Below, piece after piece: positions 30,545 to 39,256 of a DNA stretch of 64,000 nucleotides. A program made the translations under genes and the position numbers. The stretch comes from a virus: positions 39,084 through 103,083 of IMG/VR virus record IMGVR_UViG_3300032177_000002, one strand, 5' to 3'. The notes under the pieces were generated by a model. That model did not search any database and had not been told where the DNA came from. It saw only the letters and a program-made list of their open reading frames with translations. How positions within the stretch are numbered: the first letter of the stretch is position 1; the number at the start of each line of letters is the position of its first letter.

Positions 30545-31420
30545 TCACACTCGCACCTCTTCCCCACGATAAATAGCAATTAGCTTTCTGGCCTCCCCGC
30601 GTACTGACTCCTTGGCCTCTTCCGGTAAATCCATATATGCTACTTCCGTTCGCTTGATCCACAACTGCATTAACTCGTCCGGTATTGCCAAATCGCCGGG
30701 TATCGACGCATCTGCCACCTTACACCTACGCAATAAATACAACACCCAACCCGACAAAGCCCCGTGAGCATAAGCAGCAAGTTCCTCTATAGGATCTTTG
30801 CATACTTGATCTAGTTTAAGATCTGTCACCTTCTTTAAATGGGATAATAACCTAATCGCTACTTCCACTACTAACCCACTTTTACACGGAGCAGAACATA
30901 ACCCGTCAGGCTGACCTCGTCCTAATTCGTTTGGGAAATTAGACAATATATACTCAGCAAGACTAGCTATCTGTTCGTTACAAGTTAATACTGAACCAAA
31001 ATACGCATTATTAACTTTCTTATTAGTAATACATCCACACCGCGAATCCTGCACTTTAACCCCACTTACATGCCCTGCCACCCCAACCACCAAATCAAAA
31101 TTCATAACTCCTACCTCTAACACTTGGTACGCATTACCTATATCTGACAGTTTCTCCAAAATACGCCTCATCTCGAACATTGCTGTAGAAGGCACTATAT
31201 ATCCCCCACTACTTGCAGCCGTATATGTGCTTAGCCCGGCAGGTACCTCTGTCACCATTATATATAACTTTGCCGCCATATACTTTCGCCGTTGCGTTAC
31301 GCTAACCCCCAACCCTGACGGCAATTCCCCCGCCTTTAATGCGGTACGTATATCCTTTCTAACTAACCCTGCTATTTCTATTATTCCTCGTCCTTCTTTA
31401 TACTTTGATCCTGCGCTCAT
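30545..31420 (-). CDS. LPD29-like domain protein
   Basis: GSKY..GR.I.EIA.LVRKDI N-terminus shared with neighbour. Confidence 0.55.
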   Translation of the reverse strand: MSAGSKYKEGRGIIEIAGLVRKDIRTALKAGELPSGLGVSVTQRRKYMAAKLYIMVTEVPAGLSTYTAASSGGYIVPSTAMFEMRRILEKLSDIGNAYQVLEVGVMNFDLVVGVAGHVSGVKVQDSRCGCITNKKVNNAYFGSVLTCNEQIASLAEYILSNFPNELGRGQPDGLCSAPCKSGLVVEVAIRLLSHLKKVTDLKLDQVCKDPIEELAAYAHGALSGWVLYLLRRCKVADASIPGDLAIPDELMQLWIKRTEVAYMDLPEEAKESVRGEARKLIAIYRGEEVRV

Positions 31421-31815
31421 TTTATTTCCTGTAACATTACTGCTTCTTTATCCTTGATGGCCCGTTCCAATATAGGATCAATACCCACATAGCTATAAAA
31501 ATTTGACTCGCACTCACAATCAATGTTTAATTTATACGCGTTGACTATTGCTGACAATTTATCCAAAACCCCTTGCATCCTAGTAGTTTTCTTCCGAAAC
31601 TCATACGGATTAGTAGTAAATACCCTGAACCCATACGGAACATTAACTAGTTCTATATCGATATAATTTTTTCCAGACTGGCAAACAGATCTTACACGTA
31701 CATCTATTCCTGCCTCTATATACCCAATCTTTTGGGCTTCTTTAATGTCTTTCCGGATAAGGACTGCTATGTCCTTAATTTTTCTTCCATCCTCATACTT
31801 TGATCCTTTAGTCAT
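31417..31815 (-). CDS. LPD29-like domain protein (paralogue)
   Basis: GSKY..GR.IKDIA.LIRKDI..VRVRS..IDI..AY..NFY. Confidence 0.6.
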   Translation of the reverse strand: MTKGSKYEDGRKIKDIAVLIRKDIKEAQKIGYIEAGIDVRVRSVCQSGKNYIDIELVNVPYGFRVFTTNPYEFRKKTTRMQGVLDKLSAIVNAYKLNIDCECESNFYSYVGIDPILERAIKDKEAVMLQEIK

Positions 31816-31827
31816 TGTGTCCTCCGA

Positions 31828-32331
31828 TCATAAATTAGCATAGTAATTTGCTTTACGATCGGTATGCTCCTGCAAATCAAACGCATATGATAACTGCATT
31901 GACCACCAAGAGCATCCTGTTATCGATACCTTAAAATCCACCGCCTCTATAACAGCCTCGTAATCACCTCGTACATACAACACAGGTTTAATCTCGCACC
32001 TAACAGGTACATCGTCCGTCAATTTATCTACAGCTTCCCGCAATTGTTTCATAACCCAGTACTGCTCCGCTGAACATCCAGGGAACGCATCCTCACTACA
32101 ATGTTCTGGGTCTATCTTAACAAATTGTGCGCCTCCATTTGCTAATTCTCCTACATCAATACGGTGCAATCCTAAAACCCCCGCGTCTACCAATACTGAC
32201 CATACACGTTGCTCCACATACCGAGTAGCCTCTACAAAAGCCTCTCCATACGGGAAGCACCCATCTACAAATCTATCCGTAGAGAGCCCTTTTTCCTTTA
32301 TTGCCTTCTTTGCAATCCATTTTATAGACAT
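31828..32331 (-). CDS. Hypothetical protein
   Basis: 167-aa ORF with SD. Confidence 0.55.
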   Translation of the reverse strand: MSIKWIAKKAIKEKGLSTDRFVDGCFPYGEAFVEATRYVEQRVWSVLVDAGVLGLHRIDVGELANGGAQFVKIDPEHCSEDAFPGCSAEQYWVMKQLREAVDKLTDDVPVRCEIKPVLYVRGDYEAVIEAVDFKVSITGCSWWSMQLSYAFDLQEHTDRKANYYANL

Positions 32332-32358
32332 TCCTGTTTCTCCTTTCTTTTTCTTTTC

Positions 32359-32748
32359 CTACTCGTACTTTGCATATTCCCGGAATCTAACGAACCGGAA
32401 AACTGATTCTTTCTTCACACTGCCATCCAATTGTACTATCTCTGCAGACTCCCTATTCGTTGTCGCTGCCAAACAAAGGCAGCCTTTTTTCTGCAATAAA
32501 TTAACCATCGTATGCGTCAATGTGCATTCTCCTTGCACTAAGCAACAGCCATCAGACGCACCTATTTTTCGTAGTGTTTCCTTCAACAAATCAGTTGCTA
32601 ACAGTAATACTTCATATGAGGAAGCCTCCGGTGGAACCATAGGCATATACGCTGCCATGCATACTACTTCTCCAGCTAGTAACCCTGCAGCCCATTTCTG
32701 CTCAAGACTCCACTTGCTAACTGGGTGATTTGTTAAATTAACAAACAT
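32359..32748 (-). CDS. Csx20-like protein (putative cyclic oligoadenylate ring nuclease)
   Basis: MFVNLTNHP..KWS.EQ, P.VPP, VQGE.TLT, ATT.R, K.SVF.FVRFREY motifs recalled from type III CRISPR ancillary family. Confidence 0.7.
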   Translation of the reverse strand: MFVNLTNHPVSKWSLEQKWAAGLLAGEVVCMAAYMPMVPPEASSYEVLLLATDLLKETLRKIGASDGCCLVQGECTLTHTMVNLLQKKGCLCLAATTNRESAEIVQLDGSVKKESVFRFVRFREYAKYE

Positions 32749-32760
32749 CTATTTCCTCCT

Positions 32761-32850
32761 TTTGCTTATACTACTACTTCTTCTTCGCCTTCTTTTATAT
32801 TAACAACTTATTTTATAATTTCAATACTTATTTTTTATTAAAATGAATAC
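32761..32850 (-). promoter_or_regulatory. Sigma70-like promoter upstream of Csx20-like gene
   Basis: A-rich UP tract, TTGAAA-16nt-TAATAT with TGn extension; AGGAGG SD just downstream. Confidence 0.5.
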
Positions 32851-33090
32851 CTACTTTAACTCTAAGTGTGCTACATGAGCTACATAGTATGGAGCATATT
32901 GCAAGAAATCATTATATGCATAACTAAGCATCAAAACCAAAAAGTCTCCTGCCTTTAGTCCTCTCACAACATACTCATCAAACGGAACTATCGGCTTCGG
33001 ATCCAAGTGTTCCCAATCCATCACCGTAGCCTCTGGGTAACAGTTGAAGCAACTTTTAAATCTTACTTTGTCACCTGGCCTAAGTACCAT
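32851..33090 (-). CDS. SH3/KOW-like small protein, paralogue 1
   Basis: LRPGDKVRF..ATVMDW..L.P.P..PYY. Confidence 0.7.
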   Translation of the reverse strand: MVLRPGDKVRFKSCFNCYPEATVMDWEHLDPKPIVPFDEYVVRGLKAGDFLVLMLSYAYNDFLQYAPYYVAHVAHLELK

Positions 33091-33495
33091 CTTTCTACTT
33101 CTCCTTTGTCGCAACATAGCCCATTTTAGTTTCCATAAATGCCTCCTTAATAATGCTAAGAATTCTTTCTAAACGTTCATACAGCACCGTGGAATCCTCA
33201 TCATACTTAAACCCTTGCAATACCTCCTGTAGCTTCTTCAGTATCTCTGCATCTGTTTTCATACTACTGCTCCTGTTCGTTTATTGCCGTCTAAAAGTTA
33301 CTCGCTAACCATTGTAATCTGCATTCATAAGACAACTTATTTTTAAATTCTAGCAATTTCTCAAACTAATCTTCACTTATGCAACCGTAAACCTCATCTA
33401 AACTATTTTCTGTTAATACCTCAACCAATATTAGAACACCAAAAAACATAACTAAAAAAGCGTTAATGATCCTTTTTATTACTTCGGTTTCTTTG

Positions 33496-34032
33496 TCACC
33501 CGTTGGTTTCATGCTCATATATCCTTTCGCAACGCTGCGTACGTACCATGTAGTATGGGTCCAAATACCATACTTGATCCCTAACACGGTATGAATAATT
33601 ATCATCCACAAGTACTAGCGTATACTCACCACTCTCCAACCGGTCTTCTGCCGTTTCATCGAATACGCACTTCATAGGTATTTCCAAATTCTGCCAATCC
33701 GCCACCGTACCCGTTACTGGTACGATAAAAAATCCACGTGGAACAAATGATACCCTATCACCAGGCTTAAACCCTCTATCTATATTCACGCTCAACTCCT
33801 TTGGATACACGCCATTCTTCTCTTCTTTTATTACATTGATTACCATAGGAGCACACTCATCATATAAGATACTTTTAAATTCCTGCAACTGCTTATACTC
33901 CTCTCTGGTTACCTCATCTTCCACTTCCTCTAGTATGTTCTCTGATAGTACATCCTCCCATATTGGCAGATCCCAATACGTTACAAATATTTTAGCAATC
34001 CTATATTCTGCTTCTACAATTTTACTTGCCAT
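33496..34032 (-). CDS. Two-domain protein with C-terminal SH3/KOW-like paralogue 2
   Basis: FKPGDRVSF..GTVADW..L..VLVD..PYY; GAGG SD before ATG 34032. Confidence 0.7.
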   Translation of the reverse strand: MASKIVEAEYRIAKIFVTYWDLPIWEDVLSENILEEVEDEVTREEYKQLQEFKSILYDECAPMVINVIKEEKNGVYPKELSVNIDRGFKPGDRVSFVPRGFFIVPVTGTVADWQNLEIPMKCVFDETAEDRLESGEYTLVLVDDNYSYRVRDQVWYLDPYYMVRTQRCERIYEHETNG

Positions 34033-34043
34033 TACCTCACCTG

Positions 34044-34286
34044 TTATCGTAGTTCCAAAAGCCACGTGTATGCCAAGTAGTATGGACTGTATTTCCATTT
34101 GGGGTTATCGTGATTATCTATCAACACAACCGTGCATTCCCCGCTCTTTAAGTCTGCTATTACGTCTTCAGCAAACGGCACTACCGGAGGTGGGCTCAGC
34201 TTCCCCCAATCCATCACAGTAGCATTCGAGCTATATGCCTCAAAACACGATATAAATCTGACTCTATCTCCCGGTTTAAAGTTCAT
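34044..34286 (-). CDS. SH3/KOW-like small protein, paralogue 3
   Basis: MNFKPGDRVRF..ATVMDW..SPYY; GGAG SD before ATG 34286. Confidence 0.7.
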   Translation of the reverse strand: MNFKPGDRVRFISCFEAYSSNATVMDWGKLSPPPVVPFAEDVIADLKSGECTVVLIDNHDNPKWKYSPYYLAYTWLLELR

Positions 34287-34546
34287 TCTTCTTCTCCCGT
34301 TACCCTGAATTCCTGGCCAACCGAAAACCGAGGTTGAAGCTGCGGTCCGCCGGGGCGACGTGGTCGCGGTAAGTCGCACGCAGGTTCCTCGCATTGCTGA
34401 GCCAGGACCCGCCGCGACACGCCTTATACACTCTTGATACGGGGCCTATAGGGTCTATTACCTTCCCTTCTGGGTAATCTCCATACCAATCCGAGCACCA
34501 CTCCCACACGTTCCCATGCATTTGGTATAAACCCCATCCGTTTGGC
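34284..34546 (-). repeat. Copy A of ~260-bp near-identical 3' segment containing DGR-like variable repeat (~34310-34422)
   Basis: Matches 35978-36240 (offset 1694); mismatches clustered in the VR. Confidence 0.9.
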
Positions 34547-35019
34547 GGAAACTTCTTAACCTCTACCAGTTCTATTCCACCATAATTAGCTTGCTCTTTT
34601 GATATCACATCCCCAAATGAATACGCGGTCGTAGTTCCTGCTCTGCAGGCATATTCCCACTCGGCTTCTGTAGGGAGCCTCAATCCCATTCCTGCCCTCT
34701 TCAAAAACTCCTTGCAGTCCTCAAATGACACGCTGTCCACGGGCTTATCATTCCCTTCAAATCGTGATGGGTTATTACCTATCACCGCCTCCCATAATTC
34801 TTGTGTGCAAACGGTATCCGCTAACCAAAACGCTTTCGTGAGCTCTACTTCGTGCTGTATTTCGTCCTGGTAACGTCCTGGTTCCTGGCTTGGAGAGCCC
34901 ATCGTAAACGTTCCTGCAGGAATAAAACGGAATCGTTGGACCACCCCATTAAAAGCTAGTTCCGTCCATATCCCATACTCGTCCGTCCCCACGTTTGGCC
35001 ATTCTACGGTTGCTTTCAT
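34300..35019 (-). CDS. FGE-sulfatase (CLec-fold) protein, DGR-type target A
   Basis: IPAGTF.MGS, LRLPTEAEWEYACRAG, GLYQMHGNVWEW, RGGSW...GFRLAR. Confidence 0.92.
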   Translation of the reverse strand: MKATVEWPNVGTDEYGIWTELAFNGVVQRFRFIPAGTFTMGSPSQEPGRYQDEIQHEVELTKAFWLADTVCTQELWEAVIGNNPSRFEGNDKPVDSVSFEDCKEFLKRAGMGLRLPTEAEWEYACRAGTTTAYSFGDVISKEQANYGGIELVEVKKFPPNGWGLYQMHGNVWEWCSDWYGDYPEGKVIDPIGPVSRVYKACRGGSWLSNARNLRATYRDHVAPADRSFNLGFRLARNSG

Positions 35020-35035
35020 GTCTCATCTCCTATTT

Positions 35036-35266
35036 TTATTGCATCAATCCGCAATGCTTCGCCCATACTAAAAAATAGGGGCTATGAATCCACATGGAAT
35101 TCTCCCAGTCATCCAGCAATACGACCAATAATCGGTCATTATCTGCTGTTATTGGTTTTGCCGGTAATGGATCTAAATTATTCCGGTCCATTACGGTTCC
35201 TGTTCCTCTACAGCCTTTGAAGAGATCTAAAGATATTATTATCCTATCCCCTGGTTTAAAGTTCAT
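35036..35266 (-). CDS. SH3/KOW-like small protein, paralogue 4
   Basis: MNFKPGDRII..GTVMD..LDP.P..SPYF. Confidence 0.7.
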   Translation of the reverse strand: MNFKPGDRIIISLDLFKGCRGTGTVMDRNNLDPLPAKPITADNDRLLVVLLDDWENSMWIHSPYFLVWAKHCGLMQ

Positions 35267-35332
35267 CGGGTTCTCCTTGCTTAATTTACAGGTATGTATA
35301 TTGTCATTTTTGGTTTTCTCTAAGATCAGTAT

Positions 35333-35980
35333 TTATACCGGAATTCCCATCCAAACACTACCTAAACTAGAACTATCCCTCATAATACCTATCTTAGAGC
35401 TCCCCACCATGGTCTCTATCTTAGAATTATCCCACATAATCCTTATCTCAGAATTCTCCTCCATAATCCCTATACAAGAACTCCCATACATGGTCCACAC
35501 TGTAGAATTCCATTCTATAGTCCCTATACTCGAATTCCTTCTCATAACCTTTACGATGGAGTTCCCTCGTAGAAATGTTATCTTAGAATTTCCTAGCATA
35601 TATTGAATTCTACAATTCTTAACCTCTCCAATTTCAGCTCCATCAAGAAGGATGAAACATCCATTTTGAAGGGTTTCTCGTTTATCTTGGACAAACATAT
35701 CGGAGATAATAGTCCATAATTTATTTGTTACTATTTCCTCGTTGAACCAGCTCGGAATAGAAGATTCATCAACATCCAATCTCCAATTATTTATATCGTT
35801 TAAATTCTTATTAAAGTCTGTAGGAGTAAACTCGACTCTACAAAATTTTTCTAAATAGAACCCCTTCTCATCGTCTGTTAAATTACATTTTTTTAGTAGT
35901 TCCTCATGTCGATCAGGATATCCGGGATCCCAAATAACATCTAAATTTTTTAACACAATAGCACTCAGAAAGTTACACAT
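35333..35980 (-). CDS. Beta-solenoid protein with 9-aa repeats
   Basis: Start MCNFLS at 35980; repeats (N/S)SxIxxMxx about eight times at C-terminus. Confidence 0.7.
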   Translation of the reverse strand: MCNFLSAIVLKNLDVIWDPGYPDRHEELLKKCNLTDDEKGFYLEKFCRVEFTPTDFNKNLNDINNWRLDVDESSIPSWFNEEIVTNKLWTIISDMFVQDKRETLQNGCFILLDGAEIGEVKNCRIQYMLGNSKITFLRGNSIVKVMRRNSSIGTIEWNSTVWTMYGSSCIGIMEENSEIRIMWDNSKIETMVGSSKIGIMRDSSSLGSVWMGIPV

Positions 35981-36240
35981 TCTTCTTCTCCCGTTACCCT
36001 GAATTCCTGGCCAACCGAAAACCGAGGTAGTTGTAGCGGGCCGCCGGGGCGAAGCTGTCGCGGTACGCCGCACGCAGGATCCTCGCATAGTCGCCCCAGG
36101 ACCCGCCGCGACACACCTTATACACTCTTGATACGGGGCCTATAGGGTCTATTACCTTCCCTTCTGGGTAATCTCCATACCAATCCGAGCACCACTCCCA
36201 CACGTTCCCATGCATTTGGTATAACCCCCATCCGTTTGGC
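35978..36240 (-). repeat. Copy B of 3' segment containing DGR-like variable repeat (~36004-36116)
   Basis: Matches 34284-34546. Confidence 0.9.
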
Positions 36241-36713
36241 TGGAACGCCTTAACTTCCACCGTTTTGGTTCCACCGTAGTTAGCTTGCTTTTTGGATATC
36301 GTACCCCCAAACGAATAAGCGGGTTGAGTCCCTGCTCGACAAGCGTATTCCCACTCCGCTTCCGTAGGGAGCCTCAACCCCGTCCCTACCGTTTCTAAAA
36401 ATACTTGGCAATCTTCAAACGCTACACTGTCTACAGGTTTATTTTTTCCTATAAATCGTGATGGATTATTCCCCATCACTGCTTCCCATAGTTCTTGGGT
36501 GCATACGGTATCCGCTAACCAAAACGCCTTCGTTAGTTCCACTTCGTGCTGTATTTCGTCTTCATAATAGCCCGGCTCATCTTTTGGCGAACCCATCAAA
36601 AATGTTCCTGCAGGGATACAACGGAACCGTTGGATCACCCTATTTATAGCTATATCTATCCAATTCCCGTATCTATCCGTCCCTGTGTTCAACCCTTTTA
36701 TGATCTCTTTCAT
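35994..36713 (-). CDS. FGE-sulfatase (CLec-fold) protein, DGR-type target B
   Basis: Same motifs and same length (239 aa) as target A. Confidence 0.92.
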   Translation of the reverse strand: MKEIIKGLNTGTDRYGNWIDIAINRVIQRFRCIPAGTFLMGSPKDEPGYYEDEIQHEVELTKAFWLADTVCTQELWEAVMGNNPSRFIGKNKPVDSVAFEDCQVFLETVGTGLRLPTEAEWEYACRAGTQPAYSFGGTISKKQANYGGTKTVEVKAFQPNGWGLYQMHGNVWEWCSDWYGDYPEGKVIDPIGPVSRVYKVCRGGSWGDYARILRAAYRDSFAPAARYNYLGFRLARNSG

Positions 36714-37316
36714 GTTTCATCCCCTATTTTTATTATTCATCATTTTTATGACTTGTGCAATGTAAGTAATTTGCCTTTTTTCACCTTTTTCAAGATCCAA
36801 ACTCTGGATCTTGGTCTACCTTTCTACCCGGAATCATTCATATACTTACATCCACCTACTCCACGACCCTCCAGAATACATCGTTTTTATACCTTTTAAA
36901 AGAAGACAAAAACACCCCCTGCAAGAAAAAACAAACATCCTCCTCTTAGGCTACCAATTCATCGTCTTGCTACCACCAGCAAAACGATGGTATCAATGCT
37001 TCCTGCAAATCTAGAAAGACAACCTACTAACACCCTTTAAATACGCCATATATAGCTAAGGTAAAACTTTTTACCTTATTTCTCCTGCAGGAATAAAAAG
37101 ACTCCTAATAACTCCCTGTAAAAGGAAACTAACTAGAAATAAGCCCAACTAAGAAAGGAAACTAATCAAACCCTACCCGTATGAGTAAGCTGAATCTGTA
37201 TTGGGAGATCTAATCCTTATGGGTATGGGCTTATTCCTGTCCGTATCCGTAGGTCGAATCTGTATCCATAGAGAGCTGTAAATGGAACCCAATGCCCTAT
37301 TCCCGATAGTTATTGG

Positions 37317-37524
37317 TAGTTATAATTTCTACTCTGTACCAAAAATTAGATACGTATCCTGAGGGACTTGTAAATGGAACTCCATATCCTAATCCTAATA
37401 GTTATAGGTAGTTATAATTTCTACTCTGTACGAAAAATTACAAACGTATCCGTATAGAGCGGTGGTCAATGTAAGTTCAGTTAGTTATAATTTCTACTCT
37501 GTACGAAAAATTACAAACGTATCC
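37317..37524 (+). repeat. Three 43-bp direct repeats (iteron-like)
   Basis: TAGTTATAATTTCTACTCTGTAC(C/G)AAAAATTA(G/C)A(T/A)ACGTATCC at 37317, 37409, 37482. Confidence 0.9.
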
Positions 37525-37766
37525 GGAGGGACCTAACCCCGACCCGCATCCCCCTCGGCTTCAGTATTTTCCTACCCCCCACCCCGTCTACGCATACGTA
37601 CCCCACTTTACCCCATTCCACTGCATTCCACTTCACTCTACCCCACTCTATCTACGCATGTGTACCCCACTTTACTTCACTCTACTTTACTTGTTTAGGG
37701 TACGAAGTATATACGGTAGATGTGGCGTAACTACACTGACGGGGGGGTGTGATCAATGACGGTATA

Positions 37767-37834
37767 CCACTAGATATGGGGGTGGTGGGATAATTATCCC
37801 ACTAGATATGGGGGTGGTGGGATAAAAGTCCCAC
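37767..37834. repeat. Tandem repeat CCACTAGATATGGGGGTGGTGGGATAA x2 with 18-bp palindrome
   Basis: Copies at 37767 and 37799; GTGGGATAATTATCCCAC at 37785-37802. Confidence 0.9.
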
Positions 37835-37940
37835 TACCTACCCAAAAATGTTCGTTAGGGTTACGTAGCACGATTTCTAGATTCGTATGCACTATTCTTA
37901 CTTATCCCTTATCCTCTTTATATTCCTGCAATGTAATAAT

Positions 37941-38094
37941 GTTCGGGTTAGTGTTCGTCCTCGGGTTAGGGTTCGGGTTCGTCCTCGGGTTAGGGTTCGT
38001 TCTCGGGTTAGGGTTCGTTCTCGGGTTAGGGTTCGGATTAGTTCTAGGGTTAGGGCTAGGGTTCGGGGTAGGGTTCGGGTTCGTGTTCGGGGTA
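37941..38094 (+). repeat. Telomere-like hexamer tract (TTAGGG/TTCGGG variants)
   Basis: Five exact TTAGGG plus TTCGGG, CTAGGG, GTAGGG, CTCGGG in hexamer register. Confidence 0.85.
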
Positions 38095-38537
38095 GTAGAT
38101 ATACGGTATTAAAGTTCTTTTGTATACACCTTTAGACTTTTCTCCATATTGTAGTAAATGTACAAAAACCTATAATAGCTTTGAATTGAATTGAATTGAA
38201 TTAAGGGTTCGGTCTCCCGTCTCTTGTTCTTGTGAGTTTTCTTTTAGTTTTATTTTATGTTTGGTAGGTTGAGCCAGGATCGGCTTTTGTTTTTGATTGA
38301 TTTGAACATCTTTTTATTTTGTTGGTGGTTGTTGTTTAGTGTTGGTTATTCGGTACTCGTTTGAAGATCAGGCTGGCGATATTGAATCGTGTATCTGTTC
38401 CTGTGCATATTTGAATAGTTGGCGTGGGATTGTTTTTTTGAGGGGCAAGTAGGTTACTCCTCGTTCGAGTAACCTGTCGGTATCTGGTCCAGCGACAGCA
38501 GGTAATCGGTTAGGATCATCTGCATCACACTAGCGAG

Positions 38538-38561
38538 GATGAGGTCAGCGCTGACCTCATC
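38538..38561. terminator. 24-bp perfect palindrome (terminator or operator)
   Basis: GATGAGGTCAGCGCTGACCTCATC just downstream of last early-module gene. Confidence 0.5.
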
Positions 38562-38577
38562 TTTCCTGATCTCGTTA

Positions 38578-38799
38578 TCATTCATTCTTGAACTCCACAT
38601 ATTCTCGCTCTACCCCCTCTTCAATATGCTCCAGCGCCTGCTCGTACAAAGTTTGGACTAGTGCCTCTAGCTCGTCTCGCTCTCGTTGCGAGCGAGCTTT
38701 AGCGATCACATATTTCGCGCGCGATCGCGCGAAATAGGGATCGTTACGATTGTCAAAGAAACACGCGAACACATGATCCCTACGCTCCTGCTTAGTCAT
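38578..38799 (-). CDS. Small helical protein, ARS.xExDEL family
   Basis: Paralogue of 39365-39583. Confidence 0.75.
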   Translation of the reverse strand: MTKQERRDHVFACFFDNRNDPYFARSRAKYVIAKARSQRERDELEALVQTLYEQALEHIEEGVEREYVEFKNE

Positions 38800-39001
38800 T
38801 TTTTTTCTCCTTTACTGGCTGGAATACTACTTCATTATCGATATGACCTAGCACCGAGTATCGTCCTAGGTACCACATTCTAAGCTGGCCCCATGACCCG
38901 ACGGAGTCAGCTATTTTCAGGTAGCGTAGTTGGTGCGTTCTGAGGTAGCAGCACGTGGCTACCTTTTTTACCTCATAAGCTAGTGACATTCTTCTATGCA
39001 T
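38792..39001 (-). CDS. Small hypothetical protein (KKVAT..YL..RYLKIAD family)
   Basis: GGAGG SD; paralogue of 39561-39785. Confidence 0.7.
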   Translation of the reverse strand: MHRRMSLAYEVKKVATCCYLRTHQLRYLKIADSVGSWGQLRMWYLGRYSVLGHIDNEVVFQPVKEKKND

Positions 39002-39076
39002 CGGTATCCTCCACCAAGGCTTATTTGCCCTTGCTGCGTGGTATTGTTTGTTGTAGATGTTTGGATCTACCCTCAG

Positions 39077-39256
39077 TCATGACTTTCCTCCATTTTCTTG
39101 CGCGAGCGCCATTGAAACGGCGCTCGAGGTCTGCTGCAACATCATTTTTTTGAGCTTCTCGGACCGAATACGGTCCGAGGCTTTCCGCTCGACTATGATC
39201 GAGCGGAAATTTATCTGATTCGTTGCTTGTTTTTGTTGGTTTTGTGTTTGGTTCAT
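39077..39256 (-). CDS. Leaderless 59-aa protein MNQTQNQQKQ..., copy 1
   Basis: Manual translation; paralogue of 40620-40802 with many synonymous differences. Confidence 0.75.
   Translation of the reverse strand: MNQTQNQQKQATNQINFRSIIVERKASDRIRSEKLKKMMLQQTSSAVSMALAQENGGKS

Noticed and set aside
34287-34394. N-terminal extensions of ORFs 34044-34394 and 35333-36088
   Set aside because: They are alternate frames of the variable repeats; SD-supported starts are at 34286 and 35980
34284-36240. One CLec 3' end being the DGR template of the other
   Set aside because: Neither copy has A at all mismatches (e.g. CTC vs GGC, GTC vs TTC); both look like variable repeats
37317-37524. CRISPR array
   Set aside because: Only three repeats, unequal spacers (49 and 30 nt), the first spacer repeats upstream sequence, and no cas genes
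37887-38135. 82-aa Arg/Val-repeat ORF
   Set aside because: By-product of the hexamer repeat; no SD; not excluded but unsupported
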